From Wigglesworthia glossinidia endosymbiont of Glossina morsitans morsitans (Yale colony) (lineage in GTDB: Bacteria; Pseudomonadota; Gammaproteobacteria; Enterobacterales; Enterobacteriaceae): DNA of 32,000 nt. The notes below the pieces were generated by a model that searched no databases, had not been told where the DNA came from, and was given only the letters and a program-made list of their open reading frames with translations. The DNA is taken from positions 390,001 to 422,000 of the forward strand of contig NC_016893.1 in NCBI RefSeq assembly GCF_000247565.1, in the 5' to 3' direction. A program made the position numbers and the translations under genes. Below, piece after piece: positions 29,391 through 32,000 of the stretch (position 1 is its first letter; every line of letters begins with the position of its first letter).

Positions 29391-29766
29391 AATCTGATTT
29401 TCCTGATAATTTATACATAATAATAACATGTGATATTTTATAATAAATATTAAAAATAATTTTTTAAAATTTATTTTAGTATAATCTAATTTTTATTTAA
29501 AAAATTAGTACAATAAATTTGTATAAAATAAAATTTTTAATTCTCAATTATTTGTTAATATAATAACTTATATACACTTTATTTAATTTGATTATACTTA
29601 AAATATATAAATTTTTTTAAAAAATTTTTAAATTATTAATATGTATACTGATTATTTTATAATAAAATTATATATAAAATATATAAAGCATAAAATTTTA
29701 TTTTTATGGGAATTTAATAATATTTATATTAAAATTAATTTATATTTATTTTAACATAAGTTTTAT

Positions 29767-30144
29767 ATGAAACATTTAATTAATACAATGAAACATTATA
29801 AAGATACACAGAAATCATTAAAGAAATTTATTCTAACTGAATCTGCTGTAAAAAAAATCAATCAACTAATAAAACAAAATCCATCTATCTTAGGAATTCG
29901 AATATCATTAAAAAGATCTGGATGTGCAGGTTGGAGTTATTTGATAAATACAGTATCGAAGTTTACAAAAGATGATTTTGTATACGAATACAAAGGAGTA
30001 CAAATATGTACACTAAAAAAATTTTTGCCATTTATTAATACACTCGAACTAGATTACATTAAAAATGGATTAGGTTACAAATTTAAATTTAATAATCCGA
30101 ATGCAAAAAACATATGTGGTTGTGGAAAAAGTATAAATTTTTAA
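29767..30144 (+). CDS. sufA: Fe-S cluster assembly A-type carrier SufA
   Basis: 125 aa. [28 protein letters not shown], and C-terminal [16 protein letters not shown] (the three conserved Cys). First gene of sufABC. Confidence 0.9.
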   Translation: MKHLINTMKHYKDTQKSLKKFILTESAVKKINQLIKQNPSILGIRISLKRSGCAGWSYLINTVSKFTKDDFVYEYKGVQICTLKKFLPFINTLELDYIKNGLGYKFKFNNPNAKNICGCGKSINF

Positions 30145-31634
30145 TGAGACAATATTTTATGAAAAATAATATTAACAATTCTTTAAAAGAAAGTACATAT
30201 AAATTAAATTTAAATGAATATAAAGAAGGATTTTCTACAATTTTAAAAACAGACGAATTAGAAAAAGGAATTAATGAAAAAGTAATTTGCGCTATATCTA
30301 GAAAGCGTAACGAACCTGATTGGATGTTAAATTTTAGAATGCAAGCATATAATGCATGGCTAAACATGTCTGAACCGCATTGGTTACATGGAAAATTTGA
30401 TCCAATTAATTATAATGAATATAGTTATTACTCCGCACCAAAATGCGATTCTTGCCAAAATGATAAACGAAATAAAACAAAAAAAAATTCTCAAAATTAT
30501 TTAATTCCTGAAGTAAAAAATACATTTAAAAAATTAGGCATACCTACAAAAGAAGATAAAAATATAGCAATCGATGCTATATTTGATTCTGTTTCTGTAT
30601 CTACAACATATCAAAGTTCTCTTAAAGAGATGGGAATTATTTTTTGTTCTTTTAGCGAAGCAATTCAAAATTATCCAGAACTTGTACGTAAATATTTAGG
30701 AAGCGTTGTCCCTGCAAATGATAATTTTTTTGCGGCTTTAAATTCTGCTGTAGCTTCTGATGGGACATTTGTATATATTCCAAAAAATGTACAATGCCCG
30801 ATGGAATTATCCACATATTTTCGTATAAATTCCGCTAATACTGGTCAATTTGAACGTACTATTTTAATAGCAGATAAAAATAGTACAGTAAGTTATATCG
30901 AGGGTTGCTCTGCTCCGATACGGGATGGTCATCAGTTGCATGCTGCCGTTGTAGAAGTCATTGTGCTAGATTATGCTACAGTAAAGTATTCTACTGTGCA
31001 AAATTGGTTTCCGGGACAATCTAATGAAAGCGGAATATTGAATTTTGTCACAAAGCGTGCTTTATGTAAAGGAAAAAAATCAAAAATGTCTTGGACACAA
31101 TCTGAAACAGGATCTGCAATTACTTGGAAGTATCCAAGTGTGATTTTAAAAGGAAATGAATCAATAGGAGAATTTTTTTCTATTGCTTTAACAAAAAATT
31201 ATCAGCAAGCAGATACGGGTACTAAAATGATTCATATAGGTAAAAATAGCAGCTCAACTATTGTATCTAAAACAATATCTTCCGGGCAAAGTAACAATAC
31301 CTATCGGGGTTTAGTAAAAATTACATCTCAAGCAAATTATTCAAGAAATTTTACTCAATGTGATTCTATGTTAATTGGTACTAAATCTGGAGCACATACT
31401 TTTCCAAATATTCAAGTAAATAATCAAACTTCTCAGATTGAGCATGAAGCTACGACATCTAAAATAGAAGAAGATCAAATTTTTTATTGTCAACAAAGAG
31501 GAATTAATGTTAATGATGCAATTTCTATGATTGTACATGGATTTTGTAAAGAAGTATTCTCTAAGTTGCCATTAGAATTTGCTATAGAAGCAGAAAAGTT
31601 ACTTCATATTAATTTAGATCATAGTATAGGTTAA
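30144..31634 (+). CDS. sufB: Fe-S cluster assembly scaffold SufB
   Basis: YKEGF...RNEPDWML...YSYYSAP...DAIFDSVSV...[19 protein letters not shown]...YIEGCSAP...[11 protein letters not shown]...[18 protein letters not shown]...[16 protein letters not shown] is colinear with E. coli SufB. The start is chosen at ATG 30144, which overlaps the sufA stop (TAATG). ATG 30159 is an alternative. The ORF-track start 30114 lies inside sufA. Confidence 0.95.
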   Translation: MRQYFMKNNINNSLKESTYKLNLNEYKEGFSTILKTDELEKGINEKVICAISRKRNEPDWMLNFRMQAYNAWLNMSEPHWLHGKFDPINYNEYSYYSAPKCDSCQNDKRNKTKKNSQNYLIPEVKNTFKKLGIPTKEDKNIAIDAIFDSVSVSTTYQSSLKEMGIIFCSFSEAIQNYPELVRKYLGSVVPANDNFFAALNSAVASDGTFVYIPKNVQCPMELSTYFRINSANTGQFERTILIADKNSTVSYIEGCSAPIRDGHQLHAAVVEVIVLDYATVKYSTVQNWFPGQSNESGILNFVTKRALCKGKKSKMSWTQSETGSAITWKYPSVILKGNESIGEFFSIALTKNYQQADTGTKMIHIGKNSSSTIVSKTISSGQSNNTYRGLVKITSQANYSRNFTQCDSMLIGTKSGAHTFPNIQVNNQTSQIEHEATTSKIEEDQIFYCQQRGINVNDAISMIVHGFCKEVFSKLPLEFAIEAEKLLHINLDHSIG

Positions 31635-31683
31635 AATAAGTAGAAAATACATTTTTTTGGAATTTATTTACTAGGAACAAAAC

Positions 31684-32000
31684 ATGTTGTCAATTCAAAA
31701 TTTAGAAGTTATGGTTAATAATCAACTTATTTTAAATAAGTTAAATTTAAAAATTCAACCAGGAGAAGTTCATGCTATTATGGGTCCAAATGGATCAGGA
31801 AAAAGCACTCTAGCAGATACTTTGTCTGGAAAAAAACATTGTGTTATTACTTCTGGAAGTATTTTATTTAAAAATGTTAATCTTTTTCAATTAACCCCAG
31901 AAGAACGAGCAGGAAAAGGAATTTTTATAGCTTTTCAATATCCAATGGAAATACCAGGCATAAATAATAAAAATTTTTTGCATGCAAGTATTAATGCTAT
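31684..32000 (+). CDS. sufC: Fe-S cluster assembly ATPase SufC, N-terminal fragment; continues beyond the window
   Basis: Not in the ORF track because it is truncated. ATG 31684 is preceded by TAGGAAC. My own translation gives MLSIQNLEVMVNNQLILNKLNLKIQPGEVHAIMGPNGSGKSTLADTLSGKK...ERAGKGIFIAFQYP, which matches the E. coli SufC N-terminus including the Walker A motif. Confidence 0.92.
   Translation, partial: MLSIQNLEVMVNNQLILNKLNLKIQPGEVHAIMGPNGSGKSTLADTLSGKKHCVITSGSILFKNVNLFQLTPEERAGKGIFIAFQYPMEIPGINNKNFLHASINA

Noticed and set aside
29405-29423. Fur-box-like GATAAT near the fabI/sufA divergent spacer, as a candidate suf regulator site
   Set aside because: Only the first hexamer matches the 19-bp Fur consensus, and the remainder scores poorly when aligned by eye. 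It lies next to the fabI ribosome-binding site rather than near sufA.
622-30367. The remaining 60-90 aa ORFs in the track: 622-840, 1658-1852, 1764-1958, 3475-3720, 4169-4357, 5032-5217, 8711-8941, 9176-9367, 11988-12260, 17199-17399, 20336-20536, 20597-20797, 21185-21439, 21484-21699, 26141-26356 and 30089-30367
   Set aside because: All lie antisense to, or out of frame within, well-supported conserved CDSs. ORF 21484-21699 overlaps the ugd 3' end and then runs into spacer. All have low-complexity composition and none resembles any protein family I recognise.
1-32000. Search for a novel system: defence island, toxin-antitoxin, secretion system, mobile element, CRISPR array, tRNA or rRNA genes
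   Set aside because: Every ORF longer than about 95 aa that is not antisense to a conserved gene is a recognisable housekeeping orthologue. No spacer contains the G/C-containing stems expected of tRNAs or structured RNAs. No direct-repeat array, integrase or transposase was seen. The window reads as ordinary reduced-genome core DNA.

Overview
The window is very AT-rich (roughly 20-25% GC by eye, not computed; spacers are almost pure A/T). It is densely packed with conserved gammaproteobacterial housekeeping genes whose products align closely with E. coli proteins as I recall them. This fits a reduced-genome Enterobacterales insect endosymbiont. Wigglesworthia glossinidia or a close relative is my best guess, because the lipid A genes are retained at this low GC, but only BLAST could confirm that.

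I support 29 protein-coding genes:
- 1-11.5 kb, all on the + strand: the outer-membrane and lipid A cluster rseP(partial)-bamA-skp-lpxD-fabZ-lpxA-lpxB, then dnaE-accA.
- 11.7-18 kb: cvrA and dadX (convergent), minCDE, tsaB, xthA.
- 18-29.4 kb: purU, galU-ugd, hns, clsA, yciC, yciK, ribA, pyrF, fabI.
- 29.8-32 kb: sufA-sufB-sufC(partial).

I saw no tRNA, rRNA, CRISPR array, transposase, integrase, phage, toxin-antitoxin or defence-type gene. The standard genetic code is in use: stops are mostly TAA, with TGA at lpxB and TAG at tsaB.

I do not see a novel multi-gene system. This looks like ordinary, heavily eroded core genome, so the findings below are of modest interest. They cover clean gene excisions relative to the E. 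coli order (rnhB, dadA, pgpB-lapAB), a long-form ugd inserted between galU and hns, a highly conserved H-NS in an AT-saturated genome, retained genes of unknown function (yciC, yciK), a C-terminally shortened cvrA, long in-frame poly(A) tracts, and two small palindromes upstream of minC and hns.

All comparisons with E. coli sequences and map positions are from memory and need alignment to verify.
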